The notes: a model not told the origin generated them from the sequence alone. A stretch of DNA of 64,000 nucleotides from Burkholderiales bacterium (GCA_035627155.1 DASPMF010000296.1:15335-79334); one strand, 5' to 3'. Positions 9,986-21,934 are shown, numbered from the stretch's first letter. Made by a program: numbers and translations.

Positions 9986-10051
9986 GGGAGCTCACCGGAA
10001 TGGAAGGCAAATCAGTTTACAGACCCGCCCCTAAGGGGTAAGAATCCTCCC

Positions 10052-10714
10052 ATGTCGTCCGGCCGTGTTTACCGCTTCGGACCCGCCGATGACCGGACGA
10101 AGCGCCTGTTCGTCTTCCTGCACGGCTGCGGCGCGACGGCCCAGTCCATGATCCCCATCGCCTTCAAATTCCAGGCGCGCTTCCCGAGCGCCGCGCTGGT
10201 CGTGCCGAGCGGCTTCGACCCGGACGCGCGCGGCGGCGTGGCGCAGGACTGGTATCCAACCCAGGGCCTGCACGCCGACAACCACCGCGAGCGCGTCGCC
10301 GCGGTGCTGCCCGACGTGGAGGACCTGATCCGCCGCGAGCAGACCAACTTCGGCGTCCCGTCGAGCCGCACGGTTCTCATCGGCTTCTCGCAGGGCGGCA
10401 CCGTGGCGCTGGAGGTCGTGAAGACCGCGGGAATCGCGGGCGCGGTGGTCGCGTTCTCGTCGCGCTTCGCGCGCCTGCCGAGCAAGGGCGCCAAGATCGC
10501 CTCGCGCATCCACCTCGTGCACGGCGAGTTCGATTCCGTGGTGTCGCGCGTCTACGCCGAGCGCGCCGCGCGCGTCCTCGCCGGCCTGCACGTGCCGGTC
10601 ACGCTCGATATCGTCGAGCACCTCGGGCACTCGCTCACCTATCACGCGATCAGCCTCGGCTCGCTGCGCCTGCTGCAGGGCATCTTCGAGCGGCGCCGCG
10701 CCACCCTGCACTAG
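10052..10714 (+). CDS. Phospholipase/carboxylesterase-family serine hydrolase
   Basis: Only the last 220 codons of ORF 8312..10714 are used, from the in-frame ATG at 10052. Motifs are LFVFLHGCGA, the GFSQGG nucleophile elbow and HLVHGEFD. The upstream part of that ORF is antisense to the ABC gene. Confidence 0.85.
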   Translation: MSSGRVYRFGPADDRTKRLFVFLHGCGATAQSMIPIAFKFQARFPSAALVVPSGFDPDARGGVAQDWYPTQGLHADNHRERVAAVLPDVEDLIRREQTNFGVPSSRTVLIGFSQGGTVALEVVKTAGIAGAVVAFSSRFARLPSKGAKIASRIHLVHGEFDSVVSRVYAERAARVLAGLHVPVTLDIVEHLGHSLTYHAISLGSLRLLQGIFERRRATLH

Positions 10715-10715
10715 C

Positions 10716-11069
10716 TTGGAGCAAGGCCTCATCCTCTTCGCCCACGGGTCGAAGGATCCGGCGTGGCGGCGCCCCTTCGAGGCGATCGCGGCGCGCGTGC
10801 GCGAGGCGCTCCCCGGCACGCGGGTCGACATCGCGTATCTCGAGCACGGACCCACGCTGCTCGAAGTCCTTTCGAGCTCGCCGCATGCGCGATCGGTGCG
10901 CGTGGTGCCGCTTTTCCTCGGCGCAGGCGGCCATGTCCGTGACGACGTGCCGCGGCTCGTCGAGGCGGCGAGAAAGGCGCACCCGCATCTGAACATCGCG
11001 CTCGACCCGGCGATCGGAGACGAGCCTGCGCTGATCGATGCGATCGCCGCCGTTATTTGCCGGCGCTGA
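10716..11069 (+). CDS. CbiX/SirB N-terminal-domain protein (small sirohydrochlorin chelatase-like)
   Basis: A TTG start lies 1 nt after the preceding stop. The protein reads ...GLILFAHGSKDPAWRRPFEAIAARV...VVPLFLGAGGHVRDDVP. Confidence 0.8.
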   Translation: MEQGLILFAHGSKDPAWRRPFEAIAARVREALPGTRVDIAYLEHGPTLLEVLSSSPHARSVRVVPLFLGAGGHVRDDVPRLVEAARKAHPHLNIALDPAIGDEPALIDAIAAVICRR

Positions 11070-12024
11070 GCCGCTCGACCATGGCCAGCACCGCGCGGAT
11101 CTGCGGCGCCTGCTGCGTGTGGTACAGCGGGCCCGTGTAGCCCCACCAGTCCCAGCACGCGCGCGGGTTGAACCAGCGTGCGGTGGTCTGCGGATAGAGG
11201 ACCAGCAGGCGGTTTGTCTCGGCCCAGCGGTTGTAGCCCGCCTGGCGCACGAAACGCTCGCCGACCGCCTCGGCGTTCTGCCGACAGCCATGGAATGCCA
11301 CGTGCACCCGGCATCCGCCGGCCTCGCAGTCTCTCGGGATATAGACATAGGCGGACGCCGCCATGCCGATCGATGCGCCGCCGAACCGGGATTGGTCGAA
11401 CGCGAGCAGTCGTCCGTCCGCCGCGCCGCGTGGATTCAACGGGCCGAGGAGGTGCGCCAGCAGCGCGCCAGCGGCGTCGTAGTCGCAGTCGTTGAGATAC
11501 GGCGCCTCCGTGCGCTCGCACGTTACGCCGGCGTCATCGGTCACCATGCCATGCCCGGCCGGCTTGTCCGCGACGAGCACGGGTTGCGCCTTGAACGCCT
11601 CGTAGAAACGGGCGAGCGCCGAGACCACTTCGGGATGCACGGTGCGATCGTTGCGCCCGCTGAACAGCCAGACCCTGGCGCCCGCCAGGTGGGCCACCGG
11701 GTCGATGGTCGCGGAATTGGCGGCCGCTCGGGCCGCTTGCTGCAGCAAAGCCAGCGAAGGCAGCGGACTCCACGCGCCGGGCGTCGTGCAGTTGTAGTAC
11801 GCCGCGGCGAAGCTGCCCTGCGCGCAGTAGTAGGGCCCCGCGCCGAGCGCGCCCACGCCTTTCACCCGCGCAGAATGGGCGACATGGACCTGCACGGCCA
11901 TGTAACCGCCGGAGGAAACGCCTGACACGGTAAAAGGGCCTGCTTCGGCCCGCAACGCCGGCAGCGGCTCGGCCGCCTGCGCAAGCGCCGCGCAACAGGC
12001 GCCCAGCCAGGCGAGCACCCGCAC
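11053..12024 (-). CDS. Secreted PHB-depolymerase-family esterase
   Basis: ORF 11053..12498 trimmed to the GTG at 12024, giving the signal peptide (M)RVLAWLGACCAALAQAAEP. The lipase box is GVSSGG. The remainder is Cys-rich, ending ...RACWDWWGY, as in extracellular PHB depolymerase/esterase families. The start lies 8 nt after the acetoacetyl-CoA synthetase stop. Confidence 0.8.
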   Translation of the reverse strand: MRVLAWLGACCAALAQAAEPLPALRAEAGPFTVSGVSSGGYMAVQVHVAHSARVKGVGALGAGPYYCAQGSFAAAYYNCTTPGAWSPLPSLALLQQAARAAANSATIDPVAHLAGARVWLFSGRNDRTVHPEVVSALARFYEAFKAQPVLVADKPAGHGMVTDDAGVTCERTEAPYLNDCDYDAAGALLAHLLGPLNPRGAADGRLLAFDQSRFGGASIGMAASAYVYIPRDCEAGGCRVHVAFHGCRQNAEAVGERFVRQAGYNRWAETNRLLVLYPQTTARWFNPRACWDWWGYTGPLYHTQQAPQIRAVLAMVERLSAGK

Positions 12025-12032
12025 GGCGGCGC

Positions 12033-14003
<1,971 letters not shown>

Positions 14004-14084
14004 GCCGGTTCCTGATCCGATTTGACTGCGTGGCGACCGATGTCCGGGCGAATTCTGGCACTATCGCCTCCCGCGGAGGAAACG

Positions 14085-14957
14085 ATGGACGATCTGGATT
14101 TCAGCAAGCCCGCGCGCCCGCGGCCCGCCCAGCCGGCTGCGCCGGCGCCCAAGCCCGTCTACAACGCGGCCATGGCCCTTGAGTTCTTCCGCGCCGGGGG
14201 AAAGGCCGAGGCGGTCGCGGCGGGGACGAAGTTCTTCGAGGAAGACCAGCGCGCCGGGTTCTTCGACCGCGACAAGATGTACCTCCTGCTCGAAGGCGAC
14301 GTCGGGCTGAGCGTGCGCGGCAAGCCGGTCGGATCGGTGAAGATCGGCGAGATCTTCGGCGAGATGGCGGCGATCAGCGATTCGGCGCGCACGGCGACCG
14401 CGCTCGCCCGGACGACGTGCCGCGTGATCGCGCTCGACGACAAGGCGTTCCGCAAGGCGCTCGAGCAGAAGCCCGAGTTCGCGCTGATGCTGATGGGCAT
14501 GATGATCGAGCGCCTGCGCGCGATGCTTGCGCGCCAGATCGGCGACGGCCTGAGCGAAGAGGCGGTTGCGGAGTCGCGCATCCTCGACAAGGACATGCTG
14601 CAGGCGCTCGCGAAGGGGCTCGGGCACGAAGCGCTCGCGCGCCACGGCGCCGGCACGACGCTGTTTCGCGAAGGCACGGCCGGCGTGCTGGCCTACGTGG
14701 TCCTCGAGGGTCGCGTCGCGGTGACCATCCAGGGGAAGCTCGTGCAACGCGTCGGACCCGGCGGCGTGTTCGGCGAGGTGGCGCTGGTGGACCAGGCCAC
14801 GCGGGCCGCGACGGCGACCACCGAGACCGACTGCGCGCTGATCGCGATCAACCGGGCGGTGTTCATCAAGCTCGTCAAGGGAAACCCGGATTTCGGCGCG
14901 GCGCTCCTCGGCGCGCTCGCGCAGCGCGTGCGCTTCGTCTCGAGCCGGGTGCGCTAG
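14085..14957 (+). CDS. Tandem cyclic-nucleotide-binding-domain protein with no recognisable output domain
   Basis: ORF 14022..14957 trimmed to the ATG at 14085, which has GGAGGA upstream. There are two CAP-effector-like repeats, each with the GEIFGEMA / GGVFGEVAL ...RTATA / RAATA phosphate-binding-cassette pattern. The N-terminal ~35 aa are Pro/Ala-rich. Confidence 0.8.
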   Translation: MDDLDFSKPARPRPAQPAAPAPKPVYNAAMALEFFRAGGKAEAVAAGTKFFEEDQRAGFFDRDKMYLLLEGDVGLSVRGKPVGSVKIGEIFGEMAAISDSARTATALARTTCRVIALDDKAFRKALEQKPEFALMLMGMMIERLRAMLARQIGDGLSEEAVAESRILDKDMLQALAKGLGHEALARHGAGTTLFREGTAGVLAYVVLEGRVAVTIQGKLVQRVGPGGVFGEVALVDQATRAATATTETDCALIAINRAVFIKLVKGNPDFGAALLGALAQRVRFVSSRVR

Positions 14958-14979
14958 CGGTCTCAAGTAACATCGTGGC

Positions 14980-16320
14980 GTGAGCCACGTCTTCCACCGC
15001 GACCCGCGCGCGCAGTATCCCGTGGCCGCGCGCGGCGAGGGGGCGTACCTCATCGACGCGGAAGGGCGGCGCTACCTGGACGCCTCCGGCGGCGCGGCCG
15101 TCTCGTGCCTCGGCCATTCGGACCGCGCGGTGATCGACGCGGTGCGCCGCCAGCTCGAGCGCCTGCCCTACGCCCACACGTCCTTTTTCACCAACGAGCC
15201 GATGGAGGCGCTCGCCGACGCGCTGGTGCGCACGGCGCCGGCGCCGCTCGAAAAGGTGTTCTTCGTTTCCGGCGGATCCGAGGCGATGGAGGCGGCGCTC
15301 AAGCTCGCGCGCCAGTACCACGTCGAGACCGGCCAGCCGCAGCGCACCCGCGTCATCGCGCGGCGGCAGTCCTACCACGGCAACACGCTCGGCGCGCTCG
15401 CGGTCGGCGGCAACGCGGCGCGCCGCAAGCTGTTCGAGCCGCTCCTCGCCGACGTGGCGCACGTGTCGCCGTGCTACGCGTATCGCGGCAAGGCGCCGGG
15501 GGAGAGCGATGAAGCCTATGCAGCGCGCCTGGCGAGCGAGCTCGAGGCCGAGATCGACCGCATCGGACCGCGGAACGTCATGGCCTTCGTCGCCGAGACG
15601 GTGGGCGGCGCAACGCTCGGCGCGGTGCCGGCGGTGGCGGGCTACTTCCGGCGGGTACGCGAGCTCTGCGACCGGCACGGCATCCTGCTCATCCTTGATG
15701 AAGTCATGTGCGGCATGGGGCGCTGCGGTTCGCTCTGGGCGTTCGAGGACGAAGGCATCGTGCCGGACCTCGTCACGATCGCGAAGGGCCTCGGCGCCGG
15801 CTTCCAGCCGGTGGGCGCGCTAGTCGTCTCGCGCAAGGTCTCCGGCGCCATCCTGGCCGGCAGCGGTTCGTTCCAGCACGGCCATACGTACATCGGGCAC
15901 GCGGCGGCCTGCGCGGGCGCGCTGGCGGTGCAGAGGCGGCTGCACGACGATGGCCTGCTCGCACGCGTCGCGCCGCTCGGACGAGCGCTCGAGGCGCGCC
16001 TGCGGAGCGCCTTCGGCGATGATCCGCGCGTCGGCGACATCCGCGGCCGCGGTCTTTTCTGGGCCCTCGAGCTCGTCGAGGACCGCGCATCGAAGAAGCC
16101 GTTCGACCCGGGCTTGCGCCTGCACGCGCGGATCAAGCGCGCCGCCCTGCAGGCCGGGCTGCTTTGCTATCCCATGGGCGGCACGGTGGACGGGACGCAA
16201 GGCGACCATGTGCTCCTCGCCCCGCCCTTCATCGTCGAGGAGCCGCAGCTCGACGAGCTGGTCGACAAGCTCGCCCGCGCGCTGAATGTTGCCGCGCGGG
16301 CGGAAGTTTCGATAACCTAG
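14980..16320 (+). CDS. Class-III (omega-type) PLP aminotransferase
   Basis: The protein reads ...GEGAYLIDAEGRRYLDASGGAAVSCLGH..., FFVSGGSEAMEAALKLAR and LILDEVMCGMGRCGSLWAFE...DLVTIAKGLGAG (Schiff-base Lys). It uses a GTG start. Confidence 0.9.
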   Translation: MSHVFHRDPRAQYPVAARGEGAYLIDAEGRRYLDASGGAAVSCLGHSDRAVIDAVRRQLERLPYAHTSFFTNEPMEALADALVRTAPAPLEKVFFVSGGSEAMEAALKLARQYHVETGQPQRTRVIARRQSYHGNTLGALAVGGNAARRKLFEPLLADVAHVSPCYAYRGKAPGESDEAYAARLASELEAEIDRIGPRNVMAFVAETVGGATLGAVPAVAGYFRRVRELCDRHGILLILDEVMCGMGRCGSLWAFEDEGIVPDLVTIAKGLGAGFQPVGALVVSRKVSGAILAGSGSFQHGHTYIGHAAACAGALAVQRRLHDDGLLARVAPLGRALEARLRSAFGDDPRVGDIRGRGLFWALELVEDRASKKPFDPGLRLHARIKRAALQAGLLCYPMGGTVDGTQGDHVLLAPPFIVEEPQLDELVDKLARALNVAARAEVSIT

Positions 16321-16352
16321 CGCCCTGTAACTCTTACAACCAGGAGCTTTTC

Positions 16353-17258
16353 ATGAAGCGCACCTTTGCCCTGCTCGCCGCTGCAGCCGCGGCCGTGTCG
16401 CTCGCCCTGCCCGCCTCGGCGCAGGAAGGCACGCTCAAGAAGATCAAGGATTCCGGCTCGATCACCATCGGCCACCGGGACGCCTCCCTGCCTTTCTCGT
16501 ACTACGACGACAAGCAGCAGCCGATCGGCTATGCGATGGACCTGTGCCACCGCATCGTCGAGGCGGTGAAGACCGAGCTCAAGATGCCGAAGATCGACGT
16601 GAAGTACCAGCTCGTCACGTCGGCCAACCGCATCCCGCTGATGGCGAACGGCACCATCGACCTCGAATGCGGCTCGACCACGAACAACATCGCGCGGCAG
16701 GAGCAGGTCTGGTTCACCATCACCCACTTCGTCACCGCGAACCGGTGGGTCGCCAAGAAGTCCTCGAACGTCAAGTCGCTGCAGGACCTCAAGGGCAAGA
16801 CGATCGTCTCGACGGCGGGCACGACGAACATCAAGCAGATCACCGAGATCAACGCGCAGCAGAACCTCGGCATGAACATCATCTCGGCGAACGGCCACCC
16901 GGAAGCGTTCCAGATGGTGGAGACGGGCCGCGCGGTGGCGTTCGTGATGGACGACATCCTGCTTGCCGGCCTTGCCGCGCAGTCGCGCAACCCGAAGGAC
17001 TACGAGATCTCGGCGCAGGCGCTTTCCGTCGAGCCCTACGGCATCATGGTGCGCAAGGACGACAAGGCGTTCAAGGCGGTGGTCGACAAGGCCATGACCC
17101 AGATCTACAAGTCGGGCCAGATCAACGCGATCTACTCGAAGTGGTTCCAGAAGCCGGTCCCGCCGAAGAACATCAACCTGAACCTGCCGATGAGCGACTC
17201 GTTCAAGAAGGTGGTCGCCAATCCGACGGACTCGGGAGATCCCAAGGCCTACCAGTAA
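16353..17258 (+). CDS. gltI: Glutamate/aspartate ABC transporter periplasmic binding protein
   Basis: ORF 16164..17258 trimmed to the ATG at 16353, giving the signal peptide MKRTFALLAAAAAAVSLALPASA. It resembles E. coli GltI closely as I recall it (VGHRDASLPFSYYDD, ECGSTTNN, GRAVAFVMDDILLAG, KWFQKPVPPKN). Confidence 0.92.
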   Translation: MKRTFALLAAAAAAVSLALPASAQEGTLKKIKDSGSITIGHRDASLPFSYYDDKQQPIGYAMDLCHRIVEAVKTELKMPKIDVKYQLVTSANRIPLMANGTIDLECGSTTNNIARQEQVWFTITHFVTANRWVAKKSSNVKSLQDLKGKTIVSTAGTTNIKQITEINAQQNLGMNIISANGHPEAFQMVETGRAVAFVMDDILLAGLAAQSRNPKDYEISAQALSVEPYGIMVRKDDKAFKAVVDKAMTQIYKSGQINAIYSKWFQKPVPPKNINLNLPMSDSFKKVVANPTDSGDPKAYQ

Positions 17259-17274
17259 CCTGATCTGACCGACG

Positions 17275-17305
17275 AACGGGGAACTCAGGTTCCCCGTTTT
17301 TCTTT
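17275..17305 (+). terminator. Intra-operon hairpin plus T-tract between gltI and gltJ
   Basis: AACGGGGAAC-TCAG-GTTCCCCGTT is a perfect 10-bp stem followed by TTTCTTTG. It lies 17 nt after the gltI stop and about 17 nt before the gltJ GTG. Confidence 0.7.
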
Positions 17306-17321
17306 GTAGGGAGAAAGGCCG

Positions 17322-18077
17322 GTGAACTACAACTGGAACTGGGGCATCCTGCTGTCCCCCGAGCCGGGCGGCACCGGGACGTACCTGGAATACCTCATCG
17401 TCGGCCTGGGGTGGACGCTCGTGACCGCGCTCGCGGCGTGGGTGATCGCCCTCCTGATCGGCTCCATCGTCGGCACGCTGCGCACCACGCCGCACCCGTG
17501 GGTCGTGCGGGTGGGCAACGGGTACGTGGAGCTCTTCCGCAACATCCCGCTCATCGTGCAGATGTTCCTGTGGTTCTTCGTCGTGCCGGAGCTCCTGCCC
17601 AAGGCGCTCGGCGACTGGATCAAGCAGGTGCCGCCGCCCTGGGGCTCCTACATCCCGGCGGTGCTGTGTCTGGGCCTGTTCACGTCGGTGCGGGTCGCCG
17701 AGCAGGTCAAGGCGGGGATCCAGTCGCTCTCGCGCGGCCAGGGCATGGCGGGCACCGCGCTCGGCCTGACGCTCGGCCAGACCTACCGCTTCGTGCTGCT
17801 GCCGATGGCGTTCCGCATCGTGCTGCCGCCGCTGACGTCCGAATTCATGAACGTGATCAAGAATTCCTCGGTCGCGCTGACCATCGGGCTGCTCGAGCTC
17901 ACCGGCCGCGCCCGGGCGATGCAGGAGTTCAGCTTCAAGGTGTTCGAGGCGTTCGCCGCGGCCACCGTCATCTACCTCCTGACCAACCTGGTGGTGGTCT
18001 ACGGAATGCGGGCGCTCGAGCGCAAGGTTCGCGTGCCGGGCCTGATCAGCGCATCCCCCAGCGCGGGAGGTCACTGA
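17322..18077 (+). CDS. gltJ: Glutamate/aspartate ABC transporter permease
   Basis: GTG start with GGGAGAAAGG upstream. The polar amino-acid permease pattern includes ELFRNIPLIVQMFLWFF and the EAA-type loop SLSRGQGMAGTALGLTLGQTYRFVLLPMAFR. Confidence 0.92.
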   Translation: MNYNWNWGILLSPEPGGTGTYLEYLIVGLGWTLVTALAAWVIALLIGSIVGTLRTTPHPWVVRVGNGYVELFRNIPLIVQMFLWFFVVPELLPKALGDWIKQVPPPWGSYIPAVLCLGLFTSVRVAEQVKAGIQSLSRGQGMAGTALGLTLGQTYRFVLLPMAFRIVLPPLTSEFMNVIKNSSVALTIGLLELTGRARAMQEFSFKVFEAFAAATVIYLLTNLVVVYGMRALERKVRVPGLISASPSAGGH

Positions 18078-18079
18078 GC

Positions 18080-18769
18080 ATGGGCGGCTTCGACTTCGAC
18101 GTCATCGAGCGCTCGTTCGTCTACCTGTTCCGCGACGGGATGACCTTCACGCTCACGCTCACGGCGCTCGCCATGGCGGGGGGCATCGTATTCGGCACGC
18201 TGCTCGCGATGATGCGCCTGTCGAAGTTCCGCGTCCTCTCCATGGTCGCCGGCGGCTACGTCAACCTGATGCGCTCGCTGCCGCTGGTGCTGGTCATCTT
18301 CTGGTTCTTCTTCCTCGTGCCCTACATCTACGGCGCGCTCCTTGGCGAAGGACGGCCGATCGCGATCGGGGCGTTTTACTCCGCGCTCATCACCTTCACG
18401 ATGTTCGAGGCGGCCTACTACTGCGAGATCATGCGCGCCGGAATCCAGTCGATCGCGCGCGGGCAGGTGTGGGCGGGCTACGCGCTCGGCCTCAACTACT
18501 GGCAGACGATGGGCAAGATCGTCCTGCCCCAGGCGTTCCGCAACATGCTTCCGGTGCTGCTCACGCAGACCATCATCCTGTTCCAGGACACCTCGCTGGT
18601 GTACGTCATTTCCGCCACGGACTTCCTCGGCGCGGCGGCCAAGGTCGCCAACCGCGACTACCGCCTGGTCGAGATGTATACCTTCGTCGCGGTGGTGTAC
18701 TTCGTCATTTCCTTCACGCTGTCCTCGATGGTGAGGAAGCTGCAGAACCGCATCGCCATCGTCCGCTAG
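18080..18769 (+). CDS. gltK: Glutamate/aspartate ABC transporter permease
   Basis: Uses the in-frame ATG at 18080 inside ORF 17411..18769. The protein reads MGGFDFDVIERSFVYLFRDGM... with the EAA loop SIARGQVWAGYALGLNYWQTMGKIVLPQAFR. Confidence 0.92.
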   Translation: MGGFDFDVIERSFVYLFRDGMTFTLTLTALAMAGGIVFGTLLAMMRLSKFRVLSMVAGGYVNLMRSLPLVLVIFWFFFLVPYIYGALLGEGRPIAIGAFYSALITFTMFEAAYYCEIMRAGIQSIARGQVWAGYALGLNYWQTMGKIVLPQAFRNMLPVLLTQTIILFQDTSLVYVISATDFLGAAAKVANRDYRLVEMYTFVAVVYFVISFTLSSMVRKLQNRIAIVR

Positions 18770-18789
18770 CCTCGCGCAGAGAGACCTCC

Positions 18790-19518
<729 letters not shown>

Positions 19519-19527
19519 GAGCACGCC

Positions 19528-20391
19528 ATGACGACGGTCGCCTTCATCGGCCTCGGCGCGATGGGTTCGCGCATGGCCGCAAACCTCGCCGCGGCCGGAT
19601 TCAGGCTCCAGGTATGGAACCGAGATAGCTCGAAGACCGCGCCGCTGGTGCGCGCGGGCGCGCTCGGCGCGAAGTCGCCCGCCGAGGCGGCGCGCGGCGC
19701 CGCGTTCGTCGTTTCGATCGTCGCCGACGACGCCGCGACGCGCGCCGTGATGCTTGGCGAGGCCGGCGTGTTCGCCGGCGCCGCCCCCGGAACCGTCGTC
19801 CTCGACTCGAGCACCAACACGCCGGCGATGGCGCGCGAGGCCTGCGCCGCGGCGTCGGCGCGCGGGATCGCCTACCTCGACGCGCCGGTTTCCGGCAGCC
19901 TGGCGCAGGCGCAGGGCAAGGAGCTCGTCTTCATGGTCGGCGGCGAGCGCGAAGCCTTCGATCGCGCCGCGCCGCTCTTCTCCGCCATGGGACGCATGAC
20001 GCGCCACATCGGAGCAAGCGGCGCCGGCGCCACCATCAAGCTCGTGAACAACATGCTCTCGGCCAGCCTCACCGCGGCGGTGGCTGAGGCTGCGCAGGTG
20101 ATCGAGGCGGCGGGGATCGATGCCGCAATGGCGATGGAAATCCTGGACCAGGGCGCCGCGAGCTCGCGCGTGCTCAAGGGCAAGATGCCGAAGATGCTCA
20201 GCCGCGACTTCGCGCCCCAGTTCCAGCTCGCCCTGATGGAGAAGGACGTGCGCTACTTCCTCCAGCTCGCGCAAAGCGTGCGGCGCCCGGCGCCGATCGC
20301 CTCGCTGGTGCGGAGGCAGTACGAAGCCGCGGCCAACGCCGGCCACGGCAAGCTCGACTCGGCGGCCGTCTTCCTCGCCGCCGAAAAATAG
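19528..20391 (+). CDS. NAD(P)-dependent oxidoreductase, 3-hydroxyisobutyrate/6-phosphogluconate dehydrogenase family
   Basis: AGGAG RBS upstream. The Rossmann motif is VAFIGLGAMGSRMAANL, followed by ...DAPVSGS...GAGATIKLVNN. Confidence 0.9.
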   Translation: MTTVAFIGLGAMGSRMAANLAAAGFRLQVWNRDSSKTAPLVRAGALGAKSPAEAARGAAFVVSIVADDAATRAVMLGEAGVFAGAAPGTVVLDSSTNTPAMAREACAAASARGIAYLDAPVSGSLAQAQGKELVFMVGGEREAFDRAAPLFSAMGRMTRHIGASGAGATIKLVNNMLSASLTAAVAEAAQVIEAAGIDAAMAMEILDQGAASSRVLKGKMPKMLSRDFAPQFQLALMEKDVRYFLQLAQSVRRPAPIASLVRRQYEAAANAGHGKLDSAAVFLAAEK

Positions 20392-20406
20392 GGACGGACC
20401 CTATTT
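20386..20406. terminator. Possible bidirectional hairpin between convergent genes
   Basis: AAATAGGG-ACGGA-CCCTATTT is an 8-bp stem spanning both stop codons (TAG at 20389-91 on plus; TAG at 20401-03 on minus). It is flanked by A- and T-runs. The stem is weak and AT-rich. Confidence 0.35.
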
Positions 20407-20895
20407 CTTTTCCACCCGCCGGAGCATTTCGGGCGGGATGACGAAGTGCGGGTGGCGCTTGCGGAAGGCGACCAGTGCGGCGTCGGCTTCTTCGTGGCGC
20501 CCCTCGGCGCGCAGCCGGGCGATGCGCTCGAGCCATTGGTCCGGCGACTCCGCCTTCGCCGCCGCGCGGTCCCGCATCGCGCGCGCCGGGGCCTCGGCCT
20601 GGGCGAATGCTTCTTCCTTTCTTTCCGCCTCCGCGGCCGCGACCGGCGGCGGGGAAGACACAGGGTCCTGCCTTGCCGCGACGTAAGGTGCCGGTTGCTC
20701 GCGCTCGATCTGCACCGTGACGGCGACGGCAAGAACCAGCAGCGCCGCCGCTGCCGCCGGGAAATACCAGCCCCGAGGTCCACGCGCCGCCCGTGCGCGC
20801 GCCCGGATCACATCGTCCAAGGGCGCCGGGGGCTCTTCGCGGGCCAGCTCACGGTAGCGCCGGGACACAGCCTGCTCGACGTCGTGCTCAGTCAT
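20401..20895 (-). CDS. Putative single-pass membrane anti-sigma factor (non-ZAS)
   Basis: An 8-nt overlap (ATGACTGA) links it to the upstream ECF sigma gene. It has one TM segment (WYFPAAAAALLVLAVAVTV) and no HxxxCxxC motif. The call rests on position only. Confidence 0.55.
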   Translation of the reverse strand: MTEHDVEQAVSRRYRELAREEPPAPLDDVIRARARAARGPRGWYFPAAAAALLVLAVAVTVQIEREQPAPYVAARQDPVSSPPPVAAAEAERKEEAFAQAEAPARAMRDRAAAKAESPDQWLERIARLRAEGRHEEADAALVAFRKRHPHFVIPPEMLRRVEKK

Positions 20896-21439
20896 CGCGC
20901 GCCTCGTCCCAGACTGCGGCCTGAAGCTTGGCGTACGCGTACCGTAGCCGGCTCTTCACCGCCTCGGGAGCCGAGCCGGTCGCGGCCGCAATCTCGGGGG
21001 TGGTCATGCCCGCCTCCTCGTGAAGCAGGAAGGCTTCCCGCTGTGCGTGCGGCAGGGCCTCGATCGCCTTCGAAAGCCGTCGGAGCGCCTGCCGGCCCTC
21101 CGCCCTGCGGTCCGGCGCTGCTTCGGCACCCGCGGGAAGCTGCTCCGCCTCCTCTGCGGGCGCGGCCACGAGCTCCTTGCGGCGCCAATGGTCGACCAGG
21201 CGGTTGTGGGCGATGGTGTAGAGCCACGTCGTGAACTTCGCCCTGGGTGAATAGCCCAGCCGCGCCTCGATCACCCGGATCCAGATGTCCTGGTAGAGCT
21301 CCTCGGCGATCGCAGCCGACTTCACGCCGCGCAGCACATACCGGTAGAGCGGGCCGCGGTGGCGGGCATAGAGCACGTCGAACGCCGCCGCATCGCCGTC
21401 GCGGTAGGCCGCCATCAGCCCTTCGTCCGTCGCTTCCAT
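20888..21439 (-). CDS. ECF-type RNA polymerase sigma-70 factor
   Basis: Region 2 reads ...LMAAYRDGDAAAFDVLYARHRGPLYRYVLR...ELYQDIWIRV...FTTWLYTIAHNRLVDHWRR. Region 4 reads LPHAQREAFLLHEEAGMTTPEIAAATGSAPEAVKSRLRYA. Confidence 0.92.
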   Translation of the reverse strand: MEATDEGLMAAYRDGDAAAFDVLYARHRGPLYRYVLRGVKSAAIAEELYQDIWIRVIEARLGYSPRAKFTTWLYTIAHNRLVDHWRRKELVAAPAEEAEQLPAGAEAAPDRRAEGRQALRRLSKAIEALPHAQREAFLLHEEAGMTTPEIAAATGSAPEAVKSRLRYAYAKLQAAVWDEARDD

Positions 21440-21544
21440 GCGTCATGAGTGTAAGCGTGTAAACGAACCGGCGCGGCGAAAGGGTCGCGGGGATCACTTG
21501 TCACGCCGCTCGCGTAGAATTCGCCGCTTCCTGCGATCGGCGCC

Positions 21545-21931
21545 ATGAAAAAACCCTTCCCCGTCCCCGTCCGTGCGAAGTACTCCTGCCTGAAGTGCCC
21601 AGGCTACTGCTGCAGCTATCCGGAAATCGAGGTCACCCCGCGCGACATCGAGCGGCTCGCGAAGCACTTCGCGATCCCGTACGGCGAGGCGGAGGAGCGC
21701 CTCACCAAGTACGACCCGAAGGAGAAGGTGCGGCTGCTGCGCCACCAGAAGGACGAGCACTTCGCCACCGTGTGCGTGATGTTCGACCGCAAGGCGCGCC
21801 GCTGCACCGTCTACGAAGCGCGCCCGAAGGTGTGCCGCGACTATCCGGACAGCCCGCGCTGCGGCTACTACGAGTTCCTGAAGTTCGAGCGCGCCCACCA
21901 GGACGACCCGGACTTCGTCGCCCTCACCTAG
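21545..21931 (+). CDS. YkgJ-family cysteine-cluster protein (UPF0153)
   Basis: The Cys pattern is YSCLKCPGYCCSY ... TVCVMFD...RRCTVYEARPKVCRDYP...RCGYY. Confidence 0.85.
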   Translation: MKKPFPVPVRAKYSCLKCPGYCCSYPEIEVTPRDIERLAKHFAIPYGEAEERLTKYDPKEKVRLLRHQKDEHFATVCVMFDRKARRCTVYEARPKVCRDYPDSPRCGYYEFLKFERAHQDDPDFVALT

Positions 21932-21934
21932 GTT

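Noticed and set aside
8312-10051. The first ~580 codons of the 800-aa ORF 8312..10714
   Set aside because: This stretch is antisense to the ABC transporter and has junk composition. Only the last 220 codons, from ATG 10052, look like a real esterase.
14056-14071. A TGGCAC sequence resembling a sigma-54 -24 element upstream of the cNMP-binding gene
   Set aside because: No TTGC-like -12 element sits at the required spacing. The GC dinucleotide is 3 nt too close.
21440-21544. An ECF-type autoregulatory promoter (GGAAC...CGT-like) upstream of the sigma gene
   Set aside because: I could find only loose matches (GAACC / GGTTC) without convincing spacing, which is not enough for a call.
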